Part shown: piece after piece, positions 11,481-22,221 of the stretch
Position numbering within the stretch: the first letter of the stretch is position 1
How the letters are laid out: each line of letters starts with the position of its first letter
From: Gonapodya sp. JEL0774
Taxonomy: Eukaryota
Assembly: GCA_027604505.1 (NCBI GenBank)
Contig: JADIIX010000156.1
Span: forward strand, 1 to 46,594
Length of the DNA stretch: 46,594 nucleotides
Direction: 5' to 3'
The notes under the pieces: model-generated
What the model saw: only the letters and a program-made list of their open reading frames with translations
Database searches by the model: none
Told to the model about the DNA's origin: nothing
Program-made: the position numbers and the translations under genes

Positions 11481-13455
11481 TCTGGACTTGGTAGCTCCAT
11501 AAAGTTGCCGTTTGATAGGCCATGGGGTATTTGTACTGTAATTGTTCCCATTATGAACATTGTCAGCCCGATTGGCGAGTTCTTTTCTTGTTATTGCTTT
11601 TTTTTTTTTTTTGTTTGAGCGTGGACAAAGTGAGTTCAGTGGTCTGAGAGGAGGTGTTCCCAAACCGTATCGTCGCTGTTGCCGATGACTATGTATGACT
11701 CGGTCCTCGGCTCGCCCTTGCCCCCCGTTCCTCTGCCTCCACTCAACCCGCAATCCAACCCGGAACCATAAACTTCGTTGAAAACTGATGAGATACGTGG
11801 CGGTCGTGGACGGTACGGGCTGTGTGCTTGTGCCCGATGAACGGAATTGATTTCTGTCTGTCGCTTCAACGCTTGAGACTGGGGGGGGGGGGGGGGCCCC
11901 CCCGCGGGTCGTACCTGCTTCATTCTAGGAAAACACCCGCGTACATGGTTATTTCCCAGACGGGAGTGAAAATGATCGAAGAGTACGATACCCACACGCG
12001 GTGGTTTGTCGAACGAGACGGGTAGCTGTGAGATGGAACGAAAGGAAAAACGGACAGACATGTATGGCATTTTGTTTCTTTGAGAGTCATATGTCGCTGG
12101 CTTTCACCGGACGGACGAACAAAGGTTAGCGCGCGCATTGGTCGGGGACTTGATTACGGTACCGGCCGTCCGGATCTGGCTCGTTCCGGTGTTGTGACGA
12201 ACGTTGTGTGACGGGATCGAATACGGTGGTATACGGACATGTGTCGCATGCGTGTCGGGTGGTGGTCGTCAAGTTGGAAACCTCGAGCTGGTGTGGTTGC
12301 CCGCCTTCGTCCTACACAACCAGCGATGAGCCATGAAATGAGACATGCAACCCAGCCACTGGGACACAAGGGTCACGGCGGGGCAAGACACCGCCGCACA
12401 CAACCATCTCCCATACCGCTCCCACCTTTCTCATCCCCTCTTTGCCCCTCCCCGCCCCCTTACTCCCTCCCAGCGCGCCGCGTCCACGCCCCACCTCCTC
12501 GTCAGCCCTTGGGACCTTCTAATCCGCCCCGCGGCGGGATCCACCACCGTGACGAGGCGGGACTCGAGGCACTGTCTTGAGTGGAGTGTAGAGCGGGAGT
12601 CGTTGGGGAAGGAGGATTATTGCGTGGAGGTGGATTCGGCGGTGAGGAGGTTTAGGGTGAGTAGTGGCGAGAGGGGGAACGGGGGGGAGGGGAGGAGGAG
12701 TGGCATGAAGGGGTTGGTGGGATGGAGGGATGTGAGATATGGGGAGTGGAGGCAGGGAGGCAGGTTGGAGAGGGCGGCCGTTGGGACAGGGAAGACGATA
12801 CATGGCGTACTGAATGAGAAAAAAACGATACTGCCGGCCCAACTGGACATACGACGTAAGGACAGGGCGAGAATATTGTCACTGGGAGATTAAATCGGTA
12901 GCGATGCTGTGGGGTAGCAGTTACTCCACCATGTATTTTGTGGGGTAAGCATTCCTGGCCACTGTTGGCAAAGGAGGCACAAGGCAGGGTGGTCAGAAGG
13001 ACCCCGTGGCGTGCGTGTGACGCACGTTGGACCGTGGGGTCGCGGGTGTTGGTTCGAGCGGCGGGACCCGATCGGCGTACTGTGGCGACGCGCACCTGCA
13101 GTCAAATTGTTGTTCCGTTGTGTGGGTATCGGTGGTGGTCTTTGGGCGTTCCGCGGTTAGGGCGGAGGGTTGTTTGAAATTTAGTTCCGAGATGTGAGAA
13201 CCGCGGAACGCCCAAACATCCTCACGCAGCAACTGGCCCTTTTCGTACTCTTTCTTCTCCCCCCCCTGCCCACACGGGACCTCACTCCCACCACTGACAA
13301 TGTTGCCATGTTTACTTATGTCAATGTACAGCTCTATTGGCTTAAAACTCTGCGTTCGATGTGCAGCACCCACACCCCAATACAGAAGTGTTATATTCAT
13401 CTCAGACGACATACGCACCACGCATAAGTAGGTGCACGGTAGCACGGTGCATAAA

Positions 13456-14247
13456 TCACAAAAAAGGATTCCGCGTTCCGTCCCATGGTCGAAACTCGGT
13501 CATGTCATAAAAGAAGCACAGTTCCGCTGGTCCGGCCCGCAGTGGGACGTGGTCTTTCCCGAGGAACCGTTCCACTACGGCCTGAACAGCCTGCTTGATT
13601 GTTGCTTGTGTAGGGTGGGGACAAGGTCGCACTTGGTACCCGAGGGTGGCGTGCCAAACATGTGGTACGTGGTGCTTTGGTTGGAGCCCCACCGACACGG
13701 CGAGATCTTTAATAGCATTTGATTGGGTAGCTTCGAGACTGAATGGGATGTATAGAATTGAGTAGTAGGCGTTGGTGGAATCGTTGTCGAAGATGGGGGT
13801 GGCGAGTGGGGAGAGGTTGAGAGTGTTCAACGAGGCGTGGACATGTTTGAACCACGGGAGGTTGGACGTGATGAATCCATTCCAGCCATCGAAGCCATCG
13901 GGTCCGTTATGGCCCTGATGCTCTGTGAACAAATTGATCGCTGTAATGTGGAGACTGCTTGGGGGGAGAAGTGAGTAGTAGTCGGTGAGGTGTGGAATCG
14001 CCCCCACTTCTCGGACCATGTGAGTCCACATTTCCTGATTTTCCGGAGTCACGAGTGATGAAACAACTGTGACGCCAGGAAACCAAGTGTATTCCCCATT
14101 CGCATCCAGCTTAGCGAGGTCTTTCGGGTGGTACGGATGTGAGGGTCGAGGACGAGCGCATCCCGTTCTTTTGGGCGTATCGGGGGCACTCCTTTGCGAT
14201 AGACCCGTTGACGAAGTAGGCGTAGAATGACCGGTGGAGGAGGCCAT
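13456..14247 (-). CDS. DUF1868-family 2H phosphoesterase (LigT-like / cyclic phosphodiesterase fold), intronless
   Basis: KLDANGEYTWFPGVTVV, LLPPSSLHIT, WHATLGY and CFFYDMTEF motifs, including two HxT catalytic motifs. Likely start MASSTG at 14247; the ORF is open to 14376. Confidence 0.85.
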   Translation of the reverse strand: MASSTGHSTPTSSTGLSQRSAPDTPKRTGCARPRPSHPYHPKDLAKLDANGEYTWFPGVTVVSSLVTPENQEMWTHMVREVGAIPHLTDYYSLLPPSSLHITAINLFTEHQGHNGPDGFDGWNGFITSNLPWFKHVHASLNTLNLSPLATPIFDNDSTNAYYSILYIPFSLEATQSNAIKDLAVSVGLQPKHHVPHVWHATLGYQVRPCPHPTQATIKQAVQAVVERFLGKDHVPLRAGPAELCFFYDMTEFRPWDGTRNPFL

Positions 14248-14566
14248 TGTTCTGTGTATCACAGCAGATGTCCGTGCTGTGTCTCCTGTAAACTGTGGCC
14301 TGATGCTATGTTTACCGAATCCAGCCATCCATCCATACAGCGCAAATACTCTGCTGTGGTTCTCGTCATTTTCCATTCGCGATTTCTATTTTCATCTTTC
14401 CCCCGTATCGACAGTCACTTTCCATTCGAGTCATAATCATCCATCACTCGCCCGTGGTCTCCGAGTTGAAGCTGTGCCTTCCTCTTTCCTCCACTTGCCC
14501 CCAGTGCTGCTTGATTTAAACACTTGCTCCGCTCGATTTTCCTCGAGACTTTTATTCAATCAAGCT

Positions 14567-16360
14567 ATGGCTTCTGGGATGACCTCTGAGATTCTGATCC
14601 CTTCTCTTCAAACTTGGGTCGGGATGGTGATGGCGAATGGAGCGCCGTCTCGGAGGTCAAACCCCGTCCAGACTGACATGGCAACTCCCCTGCCGGTCTC
14701 TGTCGATAGGAACACTGCCATATGTGATCTCACGCAGGACACCGTTGCTTCGGCTGGCATTCCGAGCACCTCCCCCTCGATGCTGAAAACGCTGACAGCC
14801 TCTGGAATTTCCGCCGTGAGCACCTGCATAGCTGGAAGGGGTCTTCCTCAAAATGCCCGAAATGACAGTGCAGCATCACGTCCCACGGAGAGCCGTCAAA
14901 TCGGCTTGGATGATCTTACTGCCAACATTCAAGCCTCTATTCGTGAGGACATCACCCCTTCTCTGCTGAAGAAATACATCAATACGCGCAAGCGATTGGA
15001 CATCGAGCAGGCGGCTGCGCTCGTCTTGTCGTTGTTGGGACCACCCTCTGCGGCCCTCGTCGAACCCTTGAGAGTCATCTTTGCATCGAGCAACATGTGG
15101 TTAGAATCAAAAGACTATCCCCCAGAGCGGACACTGCGAGAAGAGGTTTATCACCGGGCGCTCACTGTGATGCATGGTATTCTAAAAGGCGCTCGGGTGA
15201 ACGAAGTGAATCTGATTTCCACAACGTCTCCTACTTTTGCCCCTGACATTCTCACGGTTCTTCTACGAGTCCGTCGCATTGCACCTCTCCCTCAAACACG
15301 GTGTCTGCGCCTCCCTCCCTGGCTGTTCGAGTTTGCGAGAGTGCCCCCACCTGACCACATCGCAGACCATGAAGCTTACACGGGTCAGCGAACCCACTCG
15401 TGGCCCACCGCCGTCACAGACTCTCCCATTGTTATCTCGAGAAACAATTTTCGGCGAATCGACCACCGACTTCAGCGTTTGCGTGGACCGACAGATCCCG
15501 CCTCCCTGTTAGGCAAGGACATCGGTGCTCTCGACGACTACGTCACGTTCGGGCTTCGCAGCGAGGCAGTCCTCCAGAACACGCAAGATTCTCTAGCGCT
15601 TGCGTATTCTTTCTTTGCCTTGCAGCGTCAGTTCCAGCCCAAGGTGGTATCCGACATCGGCTGGACAACTTTTCTCAAGAAGGGTGAATCTGGAACGGTC
15701 CAGCAAAACACTCCCGGCACACCCACGACTTTCGAACTGGAACTCCTCCGTCTCGCCACTTCCCGGCCTGTCGACCAGGTGGATTGGGATGCCCTTACGG
15801 CGGTGCGGATTCCTGCAGGACTGGAGGGGCTGAGCGGAGCGTACAACCAAGAAGAGCGTGTCATTGAAGCACTCGACAAAGCTTGCCTCCTCGCCGAGAA
15901 GTATATCCTCATTCATGGGGGAGGCAAGTTTGACGCACTCACGTTCAAGATGGGGAAGAGCGGCGGATCCGGAAGGGGACCTGTGGACCAATACAATTTG
16001 TTGGTGGACAAAATACGTCAGTTGAAGTCCATGTGGATTGCCGCCAAAGGAGGAGCAGAAGAGGCGGAGGAGGAAGCAAGGGACCGACAACAAGACAGAA
16101 CTGAACCCGACAATGCCACGGACGTGAATCCCAGCCACGCACAAGCACCCGTGCCTTTGGTAGAAATCACCGCAGACACCCCACTCGAACCCACAGTCGT
16201 TGGCCCGTGCCACAAGTTCCTCGCTAAGGATATCATCGCGTGGAACAATGCTTGGAATGACGACGCTTTTGCGGGTGGCAAGAGGCCCGGGTGGTTACGA
16301 TGGTTGAAGCTGCGGCGCTTGCGGGGGGACATCCCTTTGGCGGAGGTGGAGCTGAAGTGA
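14567..16360 (+). CDS. Hypothetical protein of about 597 aa, apparently intronless; disordered N-terminus and helical core
   Basis: Long uninterrupted ORF (open from 14234) with protein-like composition. Likely ATG at 14567. No family recognised. Confidence 0.7.
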   Translation: MASGMTSEILIPSLQTWVGMVMANGAPSRRSNPVQTDMATPLPVSVDRNTAICDLTQDTVASAGIPSTSPSMLKTLTASGISAVSTCIAGRGLPQNARNDSAASRPTESRQIGLDDLTANIQASIREDITPSLLKKYINTRKRLDIEQAAALVLSLLGPPSAALVEPLRVIFASSNMWLESKDYPPERTLREEVYHRALTVMHGILKGARVNEVNLISTTSPTFAPDILTVLLRVRRIAPLPQTRCLRLPPWLFEFARVPPPDHIADHEAYTGQRTHSWPTAVTDSPIVISRNNFRRIDHRLQRLRGPTDPASLLGKDIGALDDYVTFGLRSEAVLQNTQDSLALAYSFFALQRQFQPKVVSDIGWTTFLKKGESGTVQQNTPGTPTTFELELLRLATSRPVDQVDWDALTAVRIPAGLEGLSGAYNQEERVIEALDKACLLAEKYILIHGGGKFDALTFKMGKSGGSGRGPVDQYNLLVDKIRQLKSMWIAAKGGAEEAEEEARDRQQDRTEPDNATDVNPSHAQAPVPLVEITADTPLEPTVVGPCHKFLAKDIIAWNNAWNDDAFAGGKRPGWLRWLKLRRLRGDIPLAEVELK

Positions 16361-16641
16361 TAGCACGAGCATCGGGCAACTCGGTATTTGTTTTTTAGAG
16401 TCGGTGCACCACAACAGTCGAAATACTATTTATGTGATGTCTGTTCGGTAATGATCATATGGTGGATATATCAATTATCGATTCTTTTGCTGTTTCGTCC
16501 CTGCGAGAGCCCGCTATCCGCGCGCTTTCTTGGTAACAGAATGTGCGATGAAGTGTGAGCAAATTTCTGGCGGGGGCTGGATGTCCCGATATGTTATGCA
16601 AATTGTATATATTATTTGTACCGCAAAATGTGATCATCAGT

Positions 16642-16713
16642 GGGATGGTGGTTTAAGGGCATAATTGCCGCTTCGGGTGCGGCAGGCTCCGGGTTCGAGT
16701 CCCGGCCGTCCCC
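16642..16713 (+). tRNA. tRNA-Pro (anticodon CGG), intronless
   Basis: Cloverleaf: acceptor stem GGGATGG/CCGTCCC, anticodon arm GCCGC-TTCGGGT-GCGGC, T arm CCGGG-TTCGAGT-CCCGG, discriminator C, 72 nt. Confidence 0.96.
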
Positions 16714-16716
16714 TCC

Positions 16717-16726
16717 TTTTTGTTTT
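16717..16726 (+). terminator. Pol III oligo-T terminator of the tRNA gene
   Basis: TTTTTGTTTT starts 4 nt after the discriminator base. Confidence 0.75.
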
Positions 16727-17342
16727 AATTCTACAGGTTCCTCCCTTGATAATGTTGATGCCTCTTGCGTACGTTTGCGCGTTGTATGGTGTTTGAAAAC
16801 CATAATCGAAAGGCCACCAAACGAGAATTCCGTTTACTCGCTGACTTGCATACCGCGTGCCTTTCTCAAGAATGAGTCATCAAACGTGTCCTTTCCAGCG
16901 TTGATCATTCCAAACATTTGCACATTCAATTGTCTAAAGATTGCAACTCAACAGCTTGTGTCATCTAAAATCTACTTCGTGTGTGTGTCTACAAATTGAA
17001 AGGGGACACGAAGCGCTGCTGAACCGAGTACAGAATGCAATGCGTATACCCCGGTCCAGTTTACAGCGACATCTGCCGGAAATGAGTGAAGAAGAATAAA
17101 TTGCGTTGTTGTTGTATGACGCCAGATGTGGCCACCGACAGAACCCAGGTTTTCGTCCGCCTTTGAAAAAACACAACGCGCATTCGCGCAAGACTTGCTC
17201 CACAGCATCTGTTTCAATCTTGATCATATCTCTCTCGCACTGACAATCCGCGTTCCAAACTCAACCGCAGCTCAATTGTCATCACAAAGTGAAGCGGAAA
17301 ATGTCCACCACAACTTCGGGCACCGAGGCACAAGCAAGCACA

Positions 17343-18429
17343 TCACGCCGAAGACTTTACCACCGCATTCGATTCTCGCACTGTCACCGCCTCCACCGAA
17401 GCCACCGGGGCGACAATCGCATCTATCGAAGGTATAGGACGTTCACGTTGTTGCACAAGGGAGAGGTAGGTGGTCCAACCTGTAGGGTGAGTGTGTGTGT
17501 GCGCGTGCAGGAGTAGATTTCCGTGGAAATGGAAGAAATAACCACGAGCGAGTGATGAGCACGCGTGTTGGGAAGCTTGTGATGGTGGTAGGCTCTGGCG
17601 GTTCCCTGTTTGACTCCGATTTGCTTTTTCGTGTGCAATGGTCAAAGAATTTGCCTCCAAAAGCGTCAACAATGGCATTCATATAATGCCTTTGCGCCGA
17701 CTAAATAAAAGTGCATCCCTTGCGTCTCCAGTTGCGTGTCAGCTTTCGAGGCACCGATTTCTTGTCGCACACCCACGTCGCCAGCACGTTGGTTGACTGT
17801 CCAATCATGACTTATCCTAGCGTCGCAAATTGTCATCGTTGTAACTCACCGAGTCCAACAACGTTCATCCACAACACTCGCAAATCCAAGGGCACGAATC
17901 GGAATGACACAGAAAGAGCAGCAGGCCATACAGCCCAATTAGCCACCAATGTCGGCCAGAGATCTGACTGTAGTTTAGCTTCAATTCTTCGGGCGTTCCA
18001 GCCCTGTACGATGCCGTGGAATGTGAAAAAGACGGTGGTGGAAATGGGAGCCATTATTGTTTGGTCTACAGCAACTTTGAGGATGGCAGGTCGGAGGGTC
18101 ATGGCGGGCCCAAACATGCGGTCGAGGAGAATGTACCAATAGTGGGTGAAAGGCGCGGCAACGAGGAAACCGAAGGAGGCAAGGCGGATTGTCCGCTGAG
18201 GCGACCAGCGAGACAGGAAGTTGGTTGGGTTCGAGTCGGATTTGGATTGTTCCGGGGGCAACCAATTAGACGAAGACGGCTTCGAATCTGAAGTCTCGAG
18301 TTTGCTTTCTATCGCTTGGGCAACGATGTCGCCCGCGCCGGCAATGATCGCGGACGTAAGGGATTTTGTTGCAAGGGGACGCGAAGCAAGAAGGTCCATG
18401 TACCGGTGAAGGAAAGAGCCTCGGGGCAT
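17343..18429 (-). CDS. SYM1: Mpv17/PMP22 family membrane protein (SYM1-like), 2 exons
   Basis: RPLATKSLTSAIIAGAGDIVAQ, HYWYILLD, KVAVDQTIMAP, PTLVANWAVWP, FRFVPLDLRVLWMNVVGL. Intron 17849-17480 joins to GWTTYLS...KSSA*. Confidence 0.92.
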
Positions 18430-18883
18430 GATGAATTGAGTTTTATCTGGCGTTTCTATGAAGTGTAAATTGCAATGATCCGACTGACACCCCTTCCGCG
18501 AAGATGAAGATGAGAAGCCCCTCTGTCATCATTACTTGGTGTCCAATGATGTCACCCTTCAGAGGGAGATCTGTCCTACATGCAAAAATAGTGATACGCA
18601 ATTGAGCATTTTGTTATATTGGAATCGCATGTAACTGTGCATACAAGAACTGAAGGTTCCAAGAAAAGAGATTCAACTATTAACTGGTCTTGCCGGACGT
18701 TCAACGATCTGCTTCGCCACGGGATCTCATCTCCAACGCTGGTGCACACGGCTTTCGGGGACCTCTCTCTGTCTCCCCCGAAGCTAACCATCTATTACTT
18801 ATCCCCAATTATGGCTGACCACGGCTACAACAACCCACTCGGATAGGCCCGGCCGCATGGATACGGGGACAATCCACAGGTAC

Positions 18884-18897
18884 GTGACAGCTGTCAC
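18884..18897. promoter_or_regulatory. Palindrome GTGACAGCTGTCAC containing a TALE-homeodomain-type dimer site
   Basis: Perfect 14-bp palindrome in the divergent SYM1/NmrA intergenic region. Regulatory function is inferred. Confidence 0.35.
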
Positions 18898-18945
18898 TGA
18901 ATTGCGTTGAGAGAGGTTCCTCCTCTTTCGCTGTTTTTCGTTTCT

Positions 18946-18988
18946 CATGGACAAAAACATGGACACTTTCATGGACACAACGTCATGG
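18946..18988 (+). repeat. CATGGACA x3 at a 12-bp period, plus a partial fourth copy
   Basis: Copies start at 18946, 18958 and 18970; CATGG recurs at 18984. Confidence 0.8.
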
Positions 18989-19237
18989 CACTTCATTTCT
19001 CGAAGCCCTTGCTGCTCAACGGAGGACCAGGACCTGCTGTTGTTCAGTTAACGGGACAGCATACCCGTCTCAAAGTTGCTCATAGGTTACTAGCGACAAG
19101 TTTATTCTTCTCCTAGTATTCCTGTCTTTATATTATTATTATGACGGGAACACCTCTGGGCATCGGCACCAAATCTGACACCATCGAAATTTCACAACCA
19201 CTGCATCAACTACATCAACTCGCGCTATCAATCCCAA

Positions 19238-20579
19238 ATGGGATTTAAACGTATTGCTATCGCGGGCGCATCGTCCATCGGGACAGAGGGCGGATGGTCT
19301 TGGGGAACGGGTGCGGCGATAATCCACGCGCTGGTGGAGTTGAAGAGGGCGGATCCAAAAGTATGGGATGAAGTGATCGTAGTCACCAGACAGGTATCTT
19401 TTGAGGTGAGCGGCTACTTGACAGTAGAAAGAGCAAGTCTGGTTTCGGGTCGGCATGTAAAGCAACCCGATTAGACTTGACAACGAAAGCACTCTGGTTT
19501 GGTTTCATGTAAACGCGCTCTTAATGAATTTCTCATAATCTTGTCTTTTTTGGACTCGCCACTTCCAGAAATCCTCAGCGGAGTTCGCCCCTCTCGCCTC
19601 CGTCGGCCTGCAGGTCCGGTCTGCAGACTACGAGTCGGTTGACTCACTTGTGGAGTCTATAAAAGGCGCCGAAGTTGTGGTTTCATGCATTGCGTAAGTA
19701 GTGACGGCGGACGTGGGAGGTTTGAGTGAGACTGGGTGGTTGGCAAAAAGTCAACGGAGCCGTTCATGAATCTCACCAGAATGAATCCTCCAGGGGGCCT
19801 AATGCCATTCCCACCCTTGCCCGCAACCTCCTGCACGCCGTCAAGCGCACACCCACCGTTCGTCGGTATCTTCCCTCAGAGTTTTCGTTCGACTTAACTG
19901 CTGAGAGAAATCGCGAGTCTCTGGGCGATTATCATTTGAGGAAAGTAGCACACCGGAAGGAGGTAGAGGAAAGTGGAGTGGAATGGGCGTACATCGTGAC
20001 TGGTATATGTCACTTCGGATTACTTCGATGTGTCTTAGTCTCATAATTTTCAATCGCACCATCCCCTCAACAAGGGTCGTACTTGCGCCCTCCCACCTAC
20101 CTAGCCTCCCTGGCCACCGCGACTCCATCTCCAACGAAAGTCATCCGCCTTTCACCATCTACAAAACCTCCTTCGACGCTCGTGTCGGGCATTACAGTTC
20201 CCGATGTCGGCTGCCTGGTGGCTCAATTGTTGGTCGATTCTGATGAAACATGGTGGCGAAACAGGAGTGTTAAATTTTTGGCGGACGAGTGGGGTGGCAA
20301 GGAAGCTGTTGATATTGTGGAGAAAGTGACGGGTAAGAAAGTTCAAGTGGAGTGGGTCGACGAGAAAGATGTGGGTCCTTCAGGCCAGTCTCTCTCCTCG
20401 GCGCAGCTTAACATTTCCGAATTTGCTAGGCGAACTACTTTGATCTACAAGGTGCAAAAGGTCTCTACTGGGTTCCGAAATCCGAATGGGATACAGGTCG
20501 CTACCCGAGTGTGAAAGTTAAAACGTTTCAGCAGGTAGTGGAAGAGGAATGGAGCAAGGTCACCGGTTCCGCCCTGTAG
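19238..20579 (+). CDS. NmrA-like / isoflavone reductase-like NAD(P)-binding oxidoreductase (multi-exon)
   Basis: IAIAGASS..GTGAAIIHAL Rossmann start, ADYESVDSLVESIKGAEVVVSCI, VRRYLPSEF, VPDVGCLVA, VEKVTGKKVQVEWV. Last exon ends RYPSVKVKTFQQ...SAL* at 20579. Confidence 0.88.
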
Positions 20580-20681
20580 CAGTTCTGTCATAATATATTG
20601 TTCCGCGTTTCTTAGAATCACAGCAATTGTATCGTCAACATCAGAAGGGTTCAACTGCTCAATTGTCCTTCCCGACAGTCC

Positions 20682-21820
20682 CTACATATTTGCAAACTCA
20701 AATGCGAAGGCCGTTCCCGGTCCTGCCAGACAGCCCACACCGACAACCCTCCTGAATGTCTGCCAATTGAATTCTCCATCTTTTCCTGCTTTCATAGCTA
20801 CATACCACGCAACGCCCACCACGGTACCCAGCCAATCCCATGCGAGAAAGTGGCCTGCTGTTTTACCTGCATGGTGGTGGGTTGCAGTCTTGGAGAACAA
20901 GCGAAGCATATCGCCAGTAGATCCGGTAACGAGTTCTTCAAAGACCGTCAAAAAGTGTTGGTAGAGGGACACTCCAGCGAGCATATAGTACATTATGGGA
21001 AGAGCATTGGGGACCAGTTTAGGAAGATGTGGGGCAAGCGAGGTGAGAACGGGATTGCTGTCGGACATGGAGTGGACAGAGGCCCAGCATGACCAAGCAA
21101 CAGCGGGGGCCTGAATAGAACAAGAGCGCAGTATTCAGGAGATTTGAGCATGAAGCGAGTTCAATAAGCTAGTCAAGACCACTCACTATTTGGAAGAACG
21201 CGATAGCCCTCCCCTTGAAGGGCTCTTTCAATAAATCAATTCCGTAAAATGAAGGTAAGAGAATCAAAGATTGAGCCGCCATGACTGTGAGTAAGGAGAG
21301 CGTTGTCTTTGGCGTGTCGGTGAGAGGGCCTGTCGGTTGGTTCGCCACCAATGAAGTGACCCACAGCGTGGGCGTAACAAAGCCGATACCGATGAGCTGG
21401 AAGAGAATGGAGAAAACTGGGTACGAGAGGAGGATGAAAGAGCCACCGGGTTTGAGCCCTTCAATGGCCACGTGAAAGAAGAACGGGGTGACGGCTGGCG
21501 CAAACATGCTCCAGAGAAGGCGAGCAGGAGTGTCTTCAATTGTAAGTCGAAAAAACTATTAGGGAGCGTCGAGGCAAATGTCATTCGGCTTGCAGGTGCG
21601 CTCTCCCAACACTGTTAAATGGTCAACTTACCGGCACCACCGCTTTCAGAAACGCATCGATAACAGCTATCCCTGTTTTTGCAGCAGAAATGTCGAGAAC
21701 CGCATCTTTTCGGTCGATTTTCCCCAACAGTTTGGAAAACGTTAGAAGTGCGCCCAGTAACTTGCTGCCACAGAATATTCCGAATCCAACCGTGGCGAGA
21801 GTCGATAGAGATGGGGCCAT
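20682..21820 (-). CDS. Multi-pass membrane protein resembling the CtvD/AurD-like fungal hydrolase/cyclase family
   Basis: Several TM segments with FQLIGIGFVTPTLW, IAFFQI, HFLAWDW and C-terminal LAGPGTAF motifs. At least 3 exons. Family assigned from remembered motifs only. Confidence 0.6.
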
Positions 21821-22221
21821 ATTGAATGTCAAAGCAGATTCGAAAGGTATAATGGTAATCTCTATAATACGAATGTGTAAAGCCCAGTTACAGGATGGAC
21901 AACAGAGCGTCGATCTTACTATGGAAGCTGATTCCGATCCCGAGTAATTGTCCTATTTTTGTCAGCTGTCGGGATCAGACAATAAAGGGACTTTCATTTG
22001 AGTTGCGAAAGGCAATTTATGTAAACGGCTGTCTGTGAGAAGATTTTCCGTTCCGTTCGGACTCCATCAGCCGAAACCCACACGATCAGTAGAAGGGTCT
22101 CATCTTTTCAAGGGTTGGCTCCATTCATGCAAAGATACATACATGGCAGAATCGTAATTCGCACTACTTTTTATTTCATCGACATCGCAATGTCCGAGCA
22201 ACTTCGCTCCTCGTACGTACC

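Noticed and set aside
11194..11502. Alternative last exon or full use of the 648-aa ORF to 11193
   Set aside because: The canonical intron 10843-10913 shifts into ORF 10956-11480, giving a more coherent model.
11598..11612. Poly-T tract as a retroelement poly-A tail
   Set aside because: No target-site duplication or RT/SINE body is recognisable nearby.
16640..16999. ORFs overlapping the tRNA
   Set aside because: They are incidental translations of the tRNA and its flank.
20240..20270. CTGATGA...GAAAC hammerhead-like core (similar partial hits near 5142, 11785 and 32964)
   Set aside because: Stem II does not pair or the GAAA is missing. This hit and the 32964 one lie in coding exons.
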